DNA of 64,000 nt, from the NCBI GenBank assembly GCA_047495785.1, contig JBLDXI010000015.1:1178001-1242000 (forward strand), read 5' to 3'. The position numbers and the translations under genes were made by a program. Numbering within the stretch: the first letter of the stretch is position 1; every line of letters starts with the position of its first letter. This stretch comes from Lepidodermella squamata. Its lineage: Eukaryota; Animalia; Gastrotricha. The notes under the pieces are model-generated. The model was given only the letters and a program-made list of their open reading frames with translations, had not been told where the DNA came from and did not search any database. This document shows positions 61,660 to 64,000 of this stretch, one piece after another.

Positions 61660-62529
61660 CAGAGCTCTAATATTTAAAGTAAAAGTGTGATGATTGTCGT
61701 GGAGAGACAGAGGGGGATTTTCATCTTTTTAAAATATTAGTTTGCCTGAAAGATTAATTAACAATAAGGCCCCCCAAAATACAGGGGCAAGTGCACAGGT
61801 GATGTAATCAATTTGATGAGTTGCTCCAGTCTGCGCTATTAAGCTTGATTATGAGCCATAACGGACCAAAAACCGTCTGGCGATATGATTTCACTAGTCT
61901 AGTTTGCGTTATAGATTTTTCATGTGAGTTATCATGCTAATGGAAACCTTGATTTTGCGGATGGGCTTCAACAGTGCGGCTAACTAGTTATTGATGAGAA
62001 ATATTTGCTAGATTAAAGCACGAGACTTTCCTGCTACGCCCGCGAACCAAATGTTAATATGCGAAACGTAGATAACAGTTCAGGATTCAGGCATTCAAGA
62101 GTTTCAGGCAGTGTTATGAGAATTTTACGCAATAAAAAGGGACTCGCACAGAGTGAGCCCAATAGGAACCTACCCTTCAGATGATAGGATGAACTCGAAA
62201 AAGTAAATGGGTCAAAGAAATGTTAAGCCTGCTCGGATCTCTCACATGTCTTGCGTGGTCAACTAAACCATATTGAAGCCAATTAGGCACGTAAACGTTT
62301 GTCATCTGATCGTGAAGAAAATGCATATCTCAAATAACTCATTACGTTAATGAGTGAAAATCATAGAGCTTTAAGATCATAGGGCTTTTAGATAAAGATC
62401 AACCTGACCAACCCGGAAAAGGTCATCAGCATAAAAGATGATTCAACATTTAGCACTACAAGAGTGTTTATCAGTTGAAATCTGAAATTATAATGTTAAA
62501 ACATTATATTTCTTGTGACGTTAATTTTT

Positions 62530-63046
62530 ATCTCATTCTCTCTCTCATTCTCATTTTTATTGCAAATTGTTTTTCAACAGTTAGCAAATAGTTAAGTTTA
62601 GTTTAGCAGAAAGTTGTTTCTTGGCGCCTCACCACAGAAGTCACGTAGTTTACCAATGAAGGCGAATTAAATTTTATATGTTTGCAAAAAGCACTGTGAG
62701 AGTTGTTAACCACGCAAGACGGCAGACGGTTCCACGCAGTACGCACGCGCCTGGAAAAGCTAAATTTATAGTTCAGGTTATTTCTAACCGCTTTCATCGT
62801 CACAGAATGAGGAGGAAGGCGAGAGTTTCGGGAGATTATAAAAAAGTCAGAGAAATTTATATCAATACAACCCTGATACATTTTATGCATTAGAATGAGG
62901 TCATGTTGGAAGCGGCGAACCTCTAGCGTCGTTAAGCCCAATTTCTGTAGACGTTCCTCATAAGATGCACCCTCGACCGTTTCGTGATACGAGCTTCGAT
63001 AGAGTAGTCTTTTTGTGAACCGCTTTTGTACCGATTTTTGTACCGA
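62530..63046 (-). mobile_element. 5'-truncated CR1/L2-clade non-LTR retrotransposon (3' end of ORF2 and tail)
   Basis: The minus strand reads SVQKRFTKRL...SYEERLQKLGLTTLEVRR...DLILMHK...FSRRVRTAWNRLP, the usual post-RT C-terminus of CR1/L2 LINEs. It is followed by AATAAA and a TGAGAATGAGAGAG short-repeat tail. Confidence 0.85.
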
Positions 63047-63610
63047 TATCGTCCGGCATCACTGGAATAACAGTCAGATATGTCGATTGGTACAGTTTGC
63101 TAATCAGTTGAACCGAATCACTTGTTACAAACAAGGAAACAGGAAAATTTCACCATTATCGAAGACATAATGTCCTTAGTTAACAAATTTTACACGTTTT
63201 ATTGTTCTGGCGCATTAATTATAGGAATAATATTCTTCATGCTTTATCGTTAATCAGTCTCTGAAAACGTTTTGAAATTTTTTCCCAATATTGTTGGTTC
63301 CTTTGATCAATATCGATGGATGACAATCATTCGCAAAACCCAGACTTTACCAATCGATAGCTATCGCTATTTCAAGAAGTTCGATGGCTGATGTCCGACA
63401 AGAAGACTATTTGCGGATCGATTACTAGAGCAATCACGGCGTGTAGGCGTCGCTCATGCTTGAATATTTTATGTACATTGTTTCGTATCGGAAAAACCAA
63501 GATGCTGCGCGCTCAAAAAAACCCTGACAAGACAATGATGGGCGATAGGATCTACTAGAAAGTCGATCGCCGTTCACGTTGGGAAAAGCGTAACAAGAGC
63601 CCGAAGTTAA

Positions 63611-64000
63611 ATGCAGCTTACCAGCGGATTCAAGATTGTGCTATCTTTCGCCGTCATCATTTACGCGACAACAACATGGCTAATTTATTGTTATCTGGGC
63701 GATCGCTCATTCATCCCTTGGAAAGTCACAACAACCAGGGATTCATGTCAGCTTTCCCAATCAGAAAGTTTCGATAAGGCTACATTGTCATTCCTCCACC
63801 ACGTTGAAACTCATCCTTACAGCTCAATCTATAAGCCTTTCTACGATCGTGGCATCGCTAATTTTGGCGACCAGACGAAACTTCAGCAGGGTCTGTTACG
63901 ACTATTCCGTTCAGCAAGTTCTGTGTTGACTGCAAATTCGAAGGGAAGGCTATTCAAAGTAGCCATCCTCGGTGGCTCAACGTCTGTTCCACGTGCTGTA
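63611..64000 (+). CDS. SGNH-hydrolase-fold protein, copy 3, 3'-partial (absent from the ORF track)
   Basis: Manual translation gives MQLTSGFKIVLSFAVIIYATTTWLIYCYLG...PYSSIYKPFYDRGIANFGDQTKLQQGLLR...FKVAILGGSTSVPRAV, matching exon 1 of copies 1 and 2. Confidence 0.88.
   Translation, partial: MQLTSGFKIVLSFAVIIYATTTWLIYCYLGDRSFIPWKVTTTRDSCQLSQSESFDKATLSFLHHVETHPYSSIYKPFYDRGIANFGDQTKLQQGLLRLFRSASSVLTANSKGRLFKVAILGGSTSVPRAV

Noticed and set aside
1-64000. Prokaryotic or viral origin of the window; tRNA or rRNA genes
   Set aside because: Consistent spliceosomal introns, FoxL2, GPCRs and a LINE show it is animal nuclear DNA. I recognised no tRNA or rRNA by eye; tRNAscan-SE and Infernal would be needed to exclude them.

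Overview
This is eukaryotic (animal) DNA from a gene-dense invertebrate genome with mostly tiny GT-AG introns (about 48-70 bp), so many ORF-track entries are single exons. I joined them by reading splice sites by eye. The left part holds two small families of divergent class A GPCRs. One family flanks a clear FoxL2 orthologue that has an 8.7-kb upstream region free of convincing genes and rich in fold-back elements. The middle has two ankyrin-SOCS-box (ASB) paralogues, two type II membrane SGNH-hydrolase genes, an orphan Cys-rich membrane protein and an intronless PhyH-type Fe(II)/2OG dioxygenase. The right part (35-62 kb) is a tandemly and invertedly duplicated cluster of three gene types: three secreted Q/S/G/A/K-repeat protein genes, three intact fucosyltransferase-like genes plus two relics, and four GABA-B-like class C GPCRs. 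It ends with a CR1/L2 LINE fragment and a third SGNH gene that runs off the window. The best candidate for an undescribed system is this co-duplicated module of secreted repeat protein, glycan-modifying enzyme and Venus-flytrap receptor; the arrangement is visible in the sequence but a shared function is inference. I found no rRNA, tRNA or CRISPR, and the species cannot be determined from the sequence.
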